A stretch of DNA of 64,000 bases from Octopus bimaculoides. Its lineage: Eukaryota. The notes under the pieces were generated by a model that ran no database searches, was not told the DNA's origin, and worked only from the letters and a program-made list of their open reading frames with translations. The stretch covers positions 22,194,834 to 22,258,833 of the forward strand of contig NC_068994.1 of the NCBI RefSeq assembly GCF_001194135.2, read 5' to 3'. Below, piece by piece: positions 23,812 to 36,730 of the stretch. Positions within the stretch are counted from its first letter, which is position 1. Each line of letters begins with the position of its first letter. Both the position numbers and the translations under genes were made by a program.

Positions 23812-23905
23812 TTATTATTATTATTATTATTCAGGTCACTTCCTGGAATCAAACTCAGAATCTTGGGGTTAGTAGCCCGTGCTCTTAACCACTACACCAT
23901 ATCCT
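23812..23905 (-). mobile_element. Short tRNA-like SINE head with (AAT)n tail
   Basis: Minus strand has A-box-like TGGTGTAGTGG and B-box-like GAGTTTGATTCC, followed by (AAT)n; the cloverleaf is not intact. Confidence 0.6.
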
Positions 23906-24261
23906 GGTGGGCAATTATGGGGTGAATGTTTGGGCTTTTAAATCTAATTTCCCCAAGACACCTGATGACGGTTGTAGGGTATATCACCCAAAACATGTTA
24001 ACAACAAACAAGAGGAGGACAGATATCCATCAAATGTAAATAATGTGTAAGGCATCCTACTTCAATGATTAGTTATGTTTAAAACAAGAAGTTTCATCTT
24101 GGACATGACAGACACAGGCAAAGCAGCCACATCAATATTAACTCTGCACCTACCCAGCCATCATTGTCGGTGGTGCTGGCAGTGATGTCATCCATCTATC
24201 GAGAAGAGCAATAAGAAAACTTCTTAGGAGGTTTTTTCACTCAACAAACTCAATACTATTG

Positions 24262-24487
24262 TTAACTCTAGCTTTTAAACCAGCCATATCTGGCTGAAAT
24301 GTTCTACCTGTTTTATGTTCAAACTGGTGAGATTCAGCTTCTCACACTTACCCTACAATGTCATTCTAAAAATAAACAATCACATCATCAAAATCTCTAA
24401 GCTATAAAATAATGCATGATTAATTCAAAACAATCTGAATAAATAAGCATTACCTTTGGATGAATAATCTGAATGCTAAAGGATTAA
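24262..24487. mobile_element. piggyBac-type MITE
   Basis: TTAA-bounded, degenerate TIRs, homologous to 7694-7810. Confidence 0.65.
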
Positions 24488-24975
24488 GATGTATTTCACA
24501 TACAGAAATTTAGAATAATCAGTTTCCAATAAACAAATGATGGATAGTCATAGAAAGAAATATTAAATATTTCATGCAGTGTCTAAACTTTATACCACAA
24601 TATTATATAATATAATAGCAAATACAGTGAGAATAATAAAAGTAAATATTCATCAGTCCTAATTTCTTAGTCTACTCTATTTTCTAGTTTCTATTCCTCT
24701 ATTCTTCTTTTCTGTTTTCTGTTTTACCTCAGTCTGCTACTTTTATTGTTCAGCCATACCAGCAAGATTCCCTCATTGCAATGCCATGGCATTTGTGTTG
24801 GGATCAGAATAAACCTGCAGGAAAAAATTCACTTCCTTTAAAGAACTGCCTCTGATTACAGTGTGACATTTATGAGTTTAGATAAGAATGTATGGCATAA
24901 AAAGAAGATATTTTGTGGATGTTAAGAGACAGAAATTTGTTTCAATAAACAGGTTTGAAATAATACTGAATAAGC

Positions 24976-25350
24976 ATAAGGCACAGGTGTGGATGTGTGG
25001 TAAGAAGCTTGCATCTCAACCACATGGTTTTGGGTTCAGTCCTACTGTATGGTACCTTGACCAACCAAAGCCTTGTCAGTGGATTTGGTTGATGAAAACT
25101 GAAAGAAGCCCATCATAAATATATATCTGTGTGTGTCTCTTTGTGTCTGTGTTTGTTCCCCCTGCCATAGCTTGACAACTGCTGTTGGTGTGTTTACATC
25201 CCAGTAACTTAGCAGTTCAGCAAAAGAGACTCACAGAATAAGTATGAAGCTTAACAAAAAGTAAGTACTGGAGTCGATTCATTCAACTGAAAATTTTTGA
25301 AGATGGTGCCCCAGTATGGCCACATTCTAATGACTGAAACAAGCAAAGGA
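24976..25350 (+). mobile_element. Near full-length tRNA-derived SINE family A
   Basis: A-box-like TGGATGTGTGG, B-box-like GGGTTCAGTCC, internal (TA)(TG) tract and conserved 3' body. Confidence 0.8.
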
Positions 25351-27732
25351 TCAACGATAAGTTTGAATGAGTGGGAAATACACGTTGAAAGGGTGTAGAT
25401 AGTATAATTTGAAAGGTAAATCACTGATGTGGTGCAGATATAATTGTATTGGCATACAAATTGTTAGAATGTAAAGTGTAGTGTGGAGGAAGAGGATAGT
25501 AATGAGTTAAGCAAAAAAATACGAGGACTATGGTGGTGAAAATATTCTGGAAGGGAAAATTAATAGGGATCTGTTGATAGTGAACCTGTGACTGGAGCGA
25601 ATTCCCTTTTCTCCAGCTTGCTACAAACTTGTTTTGCACTATTCCTTTCTGATCTTTGCTAAATCCTTATCTTTCTCAATCAGTGTGGCTTCAAACTAAA
25701 GTTCTATTCCTCACTAATTACTCTTAAGTATCCATCCAACATACAACACATTCTGAAATATTTTTCCAAGCATCTTAAATGCTCTACAGTGCACTCCGTA
25801 TTAGTTAAGTCACCAAGTCACTCAAAACCTTAGCTGCCCTTCTACCAGCTTCATCAACTGCATTACATACAAACATTGTAATACACTATACGTAAGTGAA
25901 ATGTTATGCTGTTTATGTGACTTTCTTTGAACATCTTCCTACTATTCTCTACTGTAATCAAGGCAAAACCCTTGTGCCCCTCCACATTTCAATTCTTCTG
26001 ATCACCCTGTTGACCATCTCTCAGTGTCCAGAGTTCCAAAAATATGAACCCTACATTCCTACAGACAAAAAAAAGTACTTCATATTTGGCATAACTTTAT
26101 TCATGGGGTAGTTTATGAATGATTACACTGTTTTTGCAGCTAATCATTGAAATATAACTCAAACATACACTGCTATGGACACAACCTCTACCTTACATCC
26201 AGCATTAAATAACAGATAGGATGGAATGAAATGTTTGTAATTTCAAAATGACAAGAACAAGTGTTAGTAAATCATTAGTTTACAATGTCAAAGATTTTGA
26301 TAATAGTTGAGATTTTGCTAAAGCATTACTTGCTAACCTAAGATATCCAGAGAAAAAGATAGTGGAGATTATCCCACCATCCTTGTGTTTATGGATGGCA
26401 TGGATTACACCTGAAATACATCATCTCACCCTGTACAGTATATATCAACTCATTTATGAATCCTACAACAACCTGAGATGTAACTTCAACATTTACTCCT
26501 AAATATTTCTTTGGTAGCACCCAGCACTCACAGCATGTCTCCTTACTGCTACAGCCATCTCTCCTGATTCCAGCCTTTGCATCATTGCATATCCAACATA
26601 ACAAGTTAGACTGATCATTCATTATGTTTTGTGAAATTATAACATCACTCCTCAGCTTAAAATGAGCCACTAACTCCTTCTGCTTAGATTTCACTGATAA
26701 GATGGATGAGGCTATTGCTGGTAAGAGTAGTAGATGATGAGAGTGATAAGGATACATATGTAAACTATACCTGTCAGTGGATGACAGTAAAGCTGTTAAG
26801 TAATAGTGCAAGATATCAGGAGGAACCTGGGACCAGCACATTTACGCCAATTGAATACTACTTGTATGCTTCAAATGTGTGTCACAAACACACGTTCTAG
26901 ATCTGCCATTGCCTGGCAGATAACCCTTTACTGATCAATACACTACGTAGGCTTCTGTCTCTTCAGTCATCACTACAAGAATCTATGAACTGTCAAGCTG
27001 TGTACCATCCCAGCCCAACAGATCAATAAGAGAACCTTCAGGTGACCATTTGGCCTTCTTGAAACAAACTGAAATTTTCAAATCACACTGCTTTGAAGTA
27101 TAAGACATATTACATAATATCCTAGATAGTCATGAAAATTCTAGATAGTCATGACATTCTCAACTTCATTTCTCTCTTTTATCATTTTTACTTTTCTTCT
27201 CTAGATAAGACTGAAAAATGCTGAAAGGACCCTGGGTTTTATCATATATACATGTAATCTTCACTTGCTCCTAAAAGTAGGTGATATCAAAAAGAATTCT
27301 GTGTCCACTGATATAAATGATGTATATAACATTACAGTACAGTCATCAAATACATACCAAATAACATTTCAGTTTCTCATATACACCAATAGACATAAAA
27401 TCCAAATGTTTGCCAGACATTTTGAAGGACAGCAACATACTTCATTAAGGAGAAGTGTCTTGGATATGCCTAGTTCCATCAGGTCTAAGATCATGTTGCA
27501 TGCACTTCAATGTTGCACCTAACTACACTGCAGCATTGTTGTCATGCTACATTTATATTTGCCATGAAATATGTTTAAAAGCTGACATACACTACAGTGG
27601 AATCAAATTAGATGAACATGATACACCAAAAAAGTGATGTTAATCACAAGAAGTATATGTGAAAGTGATTGAATAACGTGAATCAAATTCATATATTACA
27701 AAATGGCTGTGCTGACAAACAACCAGTCATCA

Positions 27733-28330
27733 TCATCATCATCATTATCATTTAATGTTCGTTTCCCATGATGGCATGGATTAGATGGTTTGACCAGAGC
27801 TGGTAAGGCCAGGGACTGTACCAGGCTCCACTGTCTGTTCTGGCATGGTTTCTATGGATGGATGCCCTTTCCAATGCTAACCACTCCACAGAGTGTATTG
27901 AGTGCTTTTTATGTGGCACCAGCACTGGTATCAATTTTGCTGTAGTGGACAGGTCTTCTTGAGGACATCTCCTTCATAAGGCCCAATGTGTTGAGATCAA
28001 CCTTCAGTACTTCATCCCATGTCTTCCTGGGTCCCCCTCTTCCACAAGTTCCATCCATTTTAAGTGATCAGCACTTCTGTATGCAACTGTCTACATCCAT
28101 ATGCATCTCAAGACCCAACCAGCAGAGTCTTCTGTTTTGTTCACTGCATCTAATTTCTCTTATGCCCAACTTTTTTCTGTTGTACATGTACACTGACATT
28201 GCACACCCAGTGGAGCATACTAGATTCATTCCTCTCTAACCTTGACATGTTTCCTACATTCAGGGCCCACATCTCACTACCATGTAGCATTGCTGTCCAT
28301 ATACATGCATCACATAATTTTCCTTTCACT
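27733..28330 (-). mobile_element. Degraded RTE LINE 3' end
   Basis: VKGKLCDACIWTAMLHGSEMW and GRGGPRKTWDEV on the minus strand; (GAT)n tail at ~27727-27750. Confidence 0.8.
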
Positions 28331-29349
28331 CCTTTCATCTGTCTTAATGTTTTGAGTTCAAATTCCACCAAGGTCAACTTTGACTTTCATCCTTCCAGGG
28401 TTGATAAAATAAGCACCAACTGAGTACTGAGGTTGATATAATTGACTTACCCCACGCTCAAATTGCTGGCCTTGTGCCAAACTTTGAAACCAATATTCAG
28501 TTGACATACAAAGCAGTTATGAATTTTGTAAATACATAACTCCTAAACTCCAAATTGATGTGTTTTGTTTTGACTTTAGTTAAAATTGTAAACAAAACAA
28601 TTCCACTCACTTTTCAACTTCATTCTTACTTGACATTTTACATGAATATTTACAAAACTGTTTAATAAACTTGTTGGTTGGTGATCTACATAATTCCATA
28701 AGGAGCACAAGGCTGGTTTCCTGGTTTCTGTAGCATACACATATATTCCTCCCTGGATGGGACACTCATCTATCATTGAATTATTCATTTTTAACAGCTG
28801 AGTGGATTGGAGCAATGTAAAATAATTTGTATTGCTCAAGAGCACAACGCATCACCCAGTCCAGGAATCAAAACCACATTCTTACAGTGATCAGTCCAAC
28901 ACCCTTACCACTAATTCCTTTGCCTCTACATCATCTTGTACTTGACATTTTTATCAAATAAAAGATTCTTTCATTCTACATTTGTGTATTGAGTACTTTC
29001 TGTTTGACTGTAGCTGTTTTTGTTAGCACTATCATTTCATGTGTAGCCATTGCTGTCATTGTCGTTGTTGTCGTCATCGTCATCATTGTCATTATTCTCA
29101 TTATCGCCATCATCATTTTAGCATCCACTTTTCCATGATTGCATGGGTCATATGGAATTTTGAAGTAGATTTTCTACAGCTGGATGTCCTTCCTGTTGGA
29201 AGCAAGGTAATATTTCCCTTTGATTGGACCTGCTTTCAAAGAATATTGAAAAGGAACAACATCACTTGTAAGATAGTGACACTCATTTATGGCCATTGCA
29301 CAATGTTAAGACAAGGAGACACAAGCATACATGCACTCATACATTTTTA

Positions 29350-29680
29350 GTCGAATGAATCAACCCTAGTACTTATTTTTAAGCTTGATTCTTATTCTAG
29401 CAGTCTCTTTTGCCAAACCAATAAGCTATGGAAACAGACAAACCAACACCAGTTGCCAAGTGGCAGTGGGGGACAAACACAGGTACAGAGAGACACACAC
29501 ATAGATGTATATATATGGCAGGTTTCTTTCAGTTTCCATGTACAAAATCCATTCACAAGGCTTTGGTCAGACTGAGTCTATAGTAAAAGACATTTGCCCA
29601 AAGTGTCATACAGTGGGACTGAACCTGGAACCTTGTGGTTGGGAAGCTAACTTATTACCACATAGCCACACCTGTGCTTC
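29350..29680 (-). mobile_element. SINE family A, near full length
   Basis: Reverse-complement match to 24976-25350. Confidence 0.75.
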
Positions 29681-29759
29681 ATGAGTAATGATTCACCCAT
29701 TTCATCAAAACCTCAACACACTGTTCCTGTTGCCAAGGAAAACTTCATCCACAAATTTG

Positions 29760-32700
29760 GCAGCATACAGCTGTGACAACAACAAAGATAACAACTACAA
29801 CATCACTAAAACTAGCAACTGAAAAAAACACCAGTAACAGCAGCAGCAACACCAGTAACAGCAGCAACAGTAGTAACATTCATGGAAGCAACAGCAACAA
29901 AAATAACAAAAGAGACAATGACCCCAAGAGCCATCACATCACCAACAACAACAGAACAAAAAGACCATGACACCCAAGACATGCTCCTCCAAAGCCTGCT
30001 TGGGAGTAATCAGACATATTGCATGGTGAAGGTGACACAGAAGAAAGCAAATGGCAAAAAGTAACAAACAAGAAAAAGGAAAAGGGGTAAAAACAGGCCA
30101 ATAAAAATGATGGTGGGTTCAAACAGACAGAAGAAACACCCCAACAATGACACTCCAATAACAAAAACAACACCAATACTACAAACACCATCCTCACCAT
30201 CGTCATCCTCACCATCGTCATCCTCACCACGACAGTCATCACCAGCACAGACACAACGAACATCGTAAACACCAGAAAAACCCATAGTGCACCTGAACCA
30301 AGAACAACAACGGCAAAGAAACATTATATACTTCACTACCATAAATACAAACAACAAAGTATTAATGGAGTGCATACATAAGCACACAAATATTATTCAG
30401 AACGATTTCATCAAACCAACTGATAGCACACCATCACACAAAAGTCATACAAACAATAAAAACCATATGCAACACCATAAAAAAAGCAAATGTCCTATCA
30501 AAGTAGGAACCTTCAGAAGGGATATCAATAAAAGACTTTAGGAAACACCAAAGGAATGGAATACATGTCTTCCCCAAGTCACCGAGAATTAATGATCTTT
30601 TCTCACTTTTCTCCTTCCGTTGAACATGTTCATACTCAGGATAGGAGGTGTAAATTCAGGTGACCTGTGATCGTCTTAGAAGTAGGGTCACCTGCTAAAC
30701 GACCCCAGGTCAACAGACATAGATGTAGTGGACATCGATCCATGAGCCTTCGTGCTCATTTTTAGTGGATACGAGACCTACTTACTTCCAGTCAACCGGG
30801 AATAGAATTCAGAGTAACTATATTTTGGAAAATTTTGAATCTCACGATACGAACCATTTTCTGGTACCCAGAAAGTACTGAACGTGACCAGCAGCGAAAG
30901 CCAAACAATATGACCGAGTGACCAGATTTCTCCAGAAATCTAGAGTGCTTCCTGGGAAAGTCTCATTCTTTAGTGTTAGTGAGATTGGAATGGTATCTTG
31001 GACGCACGCTTGGATTGTGTGAGGGTAACCAATTGATGGGGGGATGCAAAAGCCTCACAAATTTGTTCAGACGCTTCCAAATGACAGGTTCCTGCAAGAT
31101 TTTCAATGTCGACATGAACAAACATCGGGTCATCCACAACATATCTAGATAGAAGATAAGATAGGGATAGCGTAGACTCTTCATAATTTAGAATTGTCAG
31201 TTACACAAACCATAATTTTTTTTTATCTGTACGGTCAACCTAGATTAGGCCCCGTTACCAGGAACTCAGTGACTGACAACTGAACGCCAAGCTTACAGAG
31301 ACCAGATTAATGATGGTATTAACGGGGGAAATTGTCGACACCCAATATGATTCAGTCTGAAAAGAGCGATTAAAGCATAATCAATTAAGAAATAGCGGTA
31401 GAGAGAAATAGACTAGAAGTTGAGCAAGTTAGAAACTTAGAATAGGTGCTTAGGGAAGGCATTTTCCCATGACCAATTCAACGCAAAGCACGAAGGATAC
31501 GTTGTCAGACATAAGGCGCGTTCTCTAAGACACGAAGGGACAAATGCCGCTCGACAGGCCCGAATGACAGTGGGGTATCTTGGAAACAAAGTTTTGAATT
31601 GGTCTTTGATGGACCATGATGTACGTGTGTTGCTCAAACCCGAGCAGTTTTGTTTGGATTTTCAGCGGCACTTCGATCGACTGTTCGAGATGAACTGCAG
31701 ACCGTATTGTAGAACGGACTTCAGAGTCTACCCCGACGACCTGCCGCAGCCGTCAACGAGAGAAGCAGAATGTTGCGAAAACCCATAACAGCTGCAGAAA
31801 TATGGGAAGCGATGATTGGTTGCACGGCGGAAAAATTAAAGCTGTTTTAGATAGCTGATTTGGAGACCTGTTGGCAGACACCTGCAACTGGCAGCAGAAC
31901 GAAGGAATTTCCAGTTTTGTAGGTCGAGGAGAGATAATACTGCTCTCAAAGGACGTGTAGTAATGCCGTGCGCATGCGTAGTCTCACGCATGCGTGGAAT
32001 TCAACATACCAAGCTTTCCCGCTTTGATATGTCTCTTTCTTGCTGGCCAGCGATTGAGCATGGACGTGTTTAGCTATCTCTCTCCATCTTTCGGACTTAC
32101 ACTCGACAGCTCGCTTACATCTACATACCAACGTCCCAACAACCATGCTCACACACACACAGAAGCTGTAACAACAAACAAGAGCTAAAGATGTATATAT
32201 TTACCACCTGAATAAATGTTGTTTGTGTTGATAGTCTGGAGTTCAGCGTTCCGTTAATTTCTAATTTTATATAGGAAAGTCAGGTATACATCTAATGATG
32301 TATAACCCACTTTCCTATAGACGCAAACAAGGGAAATCACATTTAAAATATTGTCTCATAATCCTGCTAAGTACAGAATTCAAAATTTTGACTAAGGGAT
32401 CTTCTAAGGGATTAGTGAAGAGATTAGTACTGTCGTTGATGGTCTGACTGGTGATGCTCAAACGTGGGCAATACCATTCAGATCTGTCCCAGACGACTTC
32501 CATCTCATGCAATACATCGTATAGAGCACGAGCCAGGAAAGTGGCATGAGTGGGATCCTGATAAATTTAGATTAATGGAAAGCTTTCAATAGAGTCGACC
32601 ATCAAAATTTGGTGGCTGTGTTCAGCTCACAGCAGATGGTTTAATTCCTGTCTTCAGTGGTTGGATCACTGCAATGTACAACGACGTAAGATTAATGGTT

Positions 32701-33880
32701 AGAGTGAATGACGTATTGGAGCCATGCAGCATCATACGATCGGTCCGTCAACGTTATCACCTTTCGTCTCTTCTGTTTGTACTGATTCCTGAGTTACTGT
32801 TACGGAAACTAGAAACACTGAGGGAGTTATCGTGCGCGAACTAGGACGCAGAAGAACCGTGACGGCATACACGAACGAGGTCACCGTCATAGTGTCTGAT
32901 ACCAAGCACTTCGAGGTAATCGGAACTGTTTAAAGGAACTGCGAGGTGGCGACAGGAGCAGCAGGCCTGCAAATCGGCTCCTGAAGAGGTGGGTCGATGC
33001 CATCCAACAGCGTCGTAGTGCCCTGGACAGACGGACTCGTTAAACTGCTCAGGGTCTGATTTGGTCCATATCTCCTAGTGGAGAACTGAGATGAAGTGAC
33101 GACCTAGAAATATACCGAGATAAAGCTAGCCTTGAAAGGGCGGACAGAAATTATGAGCGCTTACATCGCCTTTGTCATATATTACCGCCTGGCCCTTTTG
33201 CGTTGCTCTAATTCACGTCTGACTGCTCTCAAGCTTTTTGTATCCCGCTGATGATGCACTCCATTTGCTGTCAAAACCCGCTGAGTGAAGCACTGGCATT
33301 CCATGGCTGATGATGCGCAGACTGAGGCTGCAACATCTCCAGCCATTCTTTTGCTACGAGTAGGTATGGTCACCGTTTGTCAGGTGGGTATTTCCACGAC
33401 TAGTCTCTTTGACAAAATTGCAGTCCTAAGTCATACACAGACCAAGACAGAGCGCTTGGTATCTGGAATGCCGTCAGACGCTCACAGCTTTCTACAAGTT
33501 GGGCAGTGCGATCAGTGAAAACTTCACTATGGAGTTCTGTAAAGTGTTAGCAAAAGGTAAAGCGACAATATTCTCGGAGAGACTTTGGGCGTCAACGAAA
33601 ATCAGTAGGCCGGTCTATTCAATCGGAGCGTTGCTGGCCCGAGATAAACTCTACTGGCACGGAAGTGCTGTCATATGTGACTGCTCGAGATACCCGCTGA
33701 ACGACGCAATTATTCTGCACGCACTCATCAGTGCCCGGGCATTCCTCACTTGTGGATTTGTCAAGCACCTGCAGTCACGTGTAGGACGGATCAAGTTATC
33801 TGCTGAGTCCATTGTTATCTGATTGTCCAGTCGCCTTCCTTTGACCTGGTATGACAGGTAGACTGTATCTATTTGGTAGA
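29760..33880 (+). mobile_element. Long degraded Tx1/L1-like LINE (ORF1 C-terminus, APE, RT, C-terminal domain) interrupted by a solo LTR
   Basis: ORF1 tail IKVGTFRRDINKRL parallels the 42-kb copy. APE start LRIGGVN (~30615), LECFLGKSHSLVLV, VSYTNH. RT ILLSTEFKIL, LINLD..KAFNRVDH, RSVRQ, AYTNEVTV. Heavily mutated. Confidence 0.8.
31956..32319 (+). mobile_element. Putative solo LTR (364 bp)
   Basis: Begins TGTAG, ends CTATA, flanked by a GACG direct repeat (31952-31955, 32320-32323), with AATAAA near 32211. Removing it restores LLSKDANKGNHI in the Tx1 RT. Confidence 0.65.
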
Positions 33881-34799
33881 TAATTCAAAAAAATATCAGC
33901 CAATCCAAATATGTGGAAACTAAAAAACAAAGGAGACTCTCCAGTTCTGTGCATATAGACTATCTGTAAATCTTGGTAACTGCAGTAATTATGCTTAGCT
34001 GAGCACATTCAGTAAGGAAATAGTGGAGGAACGCAAGGATACGACCGTTCCGTTCCTTTTTTAGGTAATGCAGACCTGAGGTTTAGGTTATGTGCTCCTA
34101 TCTACCCAACATTAGCGTATCTCCAGCTCCTAATATCTATTTCTATCACTGAGCAAGACCGAAATTTGTCATTGCTTTCATTAGTAAAAATGAAAAGATT
34201 CGTTTCTCACTGGAGTGTCCGTTGTTTTCAACTAAAACATTGAAATAACCGATAGTACTGATGTTATCTCCCTTGTATGTTTTGTCCTGTAAACACTTGT
34301 TATACCTTGTTTAACGACATAGATAACTAAATACAATAAAACGAGACTTTACATGTGGTATATTAATCAAGTGACTGCTACTGGACTGACAACCACTAAA
34401 TATTTTTTAAAGAAAATTGGTAAAATAAAACAATAAGTAACAATTGCTCTTACAATTGAAGGGAAGTAACTCAATATATTACACTTCGCATATTAAGATG
34501 TAAGACAAATTGTTTTACACATAAACATTCAGTATCAGGCAGGAATCTTTTATCTTTTTAATCTACACTTTTTTTTATCGGTGTTTTCATGCCTTTCTCT
34601 GCAATCTTGGCTTGTCCATTCGATTGTAGGAATTGTGAAATGGATGTGATATGGTGAACGTTTTGGATAAATTTTAAAATTCTTCAGTAGATAATTGCGA
34701 AGCATTGTCTGAAATCAGAAAATCTAGTATATACCATGTTGGTGGGAACTGATTTCAGCTTATTTATTACTGTAAAACTGCTTTGATCTTTTAATTGCA

Positions 34800-35550
34800 T
34801 TACTTCTGCAAATATGTAATCATCATTATTAATTGAGAATAAATCAACAACAAACATTGACCAAGGACGTTCTGGTACCCATGAGACAGTAATGGTTCTT
34901 CAGTGTTGTCTGTTCTGAATTTAACACATAAGGTACATTTTTCAACTGCTTCCTGAATTTGCGAATTCATGACAAGCCAAAACAGAACATCTCTGACTCT
35001 CTTCTTACTTCTTGCAATACCTTGATATGACTGGTGAACCCTGTTCACTGTTTCACCAATGATTCCGGGGCGAATATTCTGTCACTTTTGAAAAACAGTG
35101 TCGTGAATGCAATTTCATCACAGACTTCTTAATATGGTTTCAATGATAGGGGACGTTCCTTTCTTAATTTTGGCCAACTGTTTAGCACAGTCACGTAGGG
35201 TTGTGAAGCTAACACTTCGACTGGATGCTGTCTGATACTGTTCCAGTTTTGTTGGTGGCATCAAAAGTGAGTTGATAATATCAACAACTAGCAATTCATC
35301 ATAGAGGGAATCATCATGTTCATTTTGTTATGCTCTAGAGAAATTATTTGCTATCAAAATCATTTTCCATTCTCGTGGTGTGAGAAGATAAATAATTTGA
35401 TGGAAAATTGATAATAATGGATTGGGATCAGTTTCAACCATCGTTGTTTTTCTGTTCACATAGTCATGGAACCGTCTGCATTCAAAGACTGTTGCTTGCA
35501 GTTCCTTCTCTAGATCCGGGTAACTAGTCTTTTTGGATCTAGTTCAAAAC
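34800..35550 (-). mobile_element. Ty3/Gypsy pol fragment (RNase H end + integrase zinc-binding region)
   Basis: YPDLEKELQATVFECRRFHDYVNRKTTMVETDPNPL (RNase H) and HQSYQGIARSKKRVRDVLFWLVMN..VEKCTLC (integrase HHCC region). Confidence 0.85.
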
Positions 35551-36451
35551 GGGGGCACCAGTTTTCATTTATGTTTTATGTAGTGTTTTTGGTACCGAAA
35601 GACTTTCAAACTTCGTATACTTATCTATTTTGTGTTATAGAACAGAAAAAAATTTTTGTATTCGAAGTTATTTCGTGTAAAAAATTGTCCTATTTCGATA
35701 ATTTCAACCAATCACTGACAAGTATTCAGCTGTTTATAGTTACTCCTTTGGCAGTTTAAGCGGTTCCTTTGGCAGTTTAAGCGGTNNNNNNNNNNNNNNN
35801 NNNNNNNNNNNNNNNNNNNNNNNNNNNNNNNNNNNNNNNNNNNNNNNNNNNNNNNNNNNNNNNNNNNNNNNNNNNNNNNNNNNNNNNNNNNNNNNNNNNN
35901 NNNNNNNNNNNNNNNNNNNNNNNNNNNNNNNNNNNNNNNNNNNNNNNNNNNNNNNNNNNNNNNNNNNNNNNNNNNNNNNNNNNNNNNNNNNNNNNNNNNN
36001 NNNNNNNNNNNNNNNNNNNNNNNNNNNNNNNNNNNNNNNNNNNNNNNNNNNNNNNNNNNNNNNNNNNNNNNNNNNNNNNNNNNNNNNNNNNNNNNNNNNN
36101 NNNNNNNNNNNNNNNNNNNNNNNNNNNNNNNNNNNNNNNNNNNNNNNNNNNNNNNNNNNNNNNNNNNNNNNNNNNNNNNNNNNNNNNNNNNNNNNNNNNN
36201 NNNNNNNNNNNNNNNNNNNNNNNNNNNNNNNNNNNNNNNNNNNNNNNNNNNNNNNNNNNNNNNNNNNNNNNNNNNNNNNNNNNNNNNNNNNNNNNNNNNN
36301 NNNNNNNNNNNNNNNNNNNNNNNNNNNNNNNNNNNNNNNNNNNNNNNNNNNNNNNNNNNNNNNNNNNNNNNNNNNNNNNNNNNNAATAGGTAAAGGAACA
36401 TTTTATGGTACGACCCACTATTTAATATAGCAGTATAAACTAATATAGCTA

Positions 36452-36730
36452 ATTTTGTTGTGTTTGAGGAGAGTCGCTCTCTCTTTTAGTGCATTATTAT
36501 TTAAAACACTCACCTGTAAAGTTTCCACTCATTTACTTATTTATTTTTACAAAAATTTTCATTGCGTCTTGCACCCTTTTCAATAGTCATTGAGTCAACG
36601 ACTATTGAAAAGGTTGCAAGACGCAACGAACATTTTAGAAAAAAAAAGTAAATGAGTGGAAACTTTACCAATGAGTGTGTTGAATAATAAGGCACTAAAA
36701 GAGAATGACACTCCCCAGACACAACAAAAT
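36452..36730. repeat. ~280-bp imperfect palindrome (foldback) centred at ~36594
   Basis: Arms of ~135 bp, e.g. TAAAGTTTCCACTCATTTACTT / AAGTAAATGAGTGGAAACTTTA, with essentially no spacer. Confidence 0.9.

Noticed and set aside
23826-25070. tRNA-like A/B boxes
   Set aside because: SINE heads without an intact cloverleaf; no genuine tRNA or rRNA gene was identified in the window.
35744-35785. Two 21-bp repeats next to a gap, and other short tandem duplications (30190-30232, 37465-37500, 43334-43373, 46135-46170)
   Set aside because: No spacers, so not CRISPR-like; ordinary minisatellite or slippage duplications.
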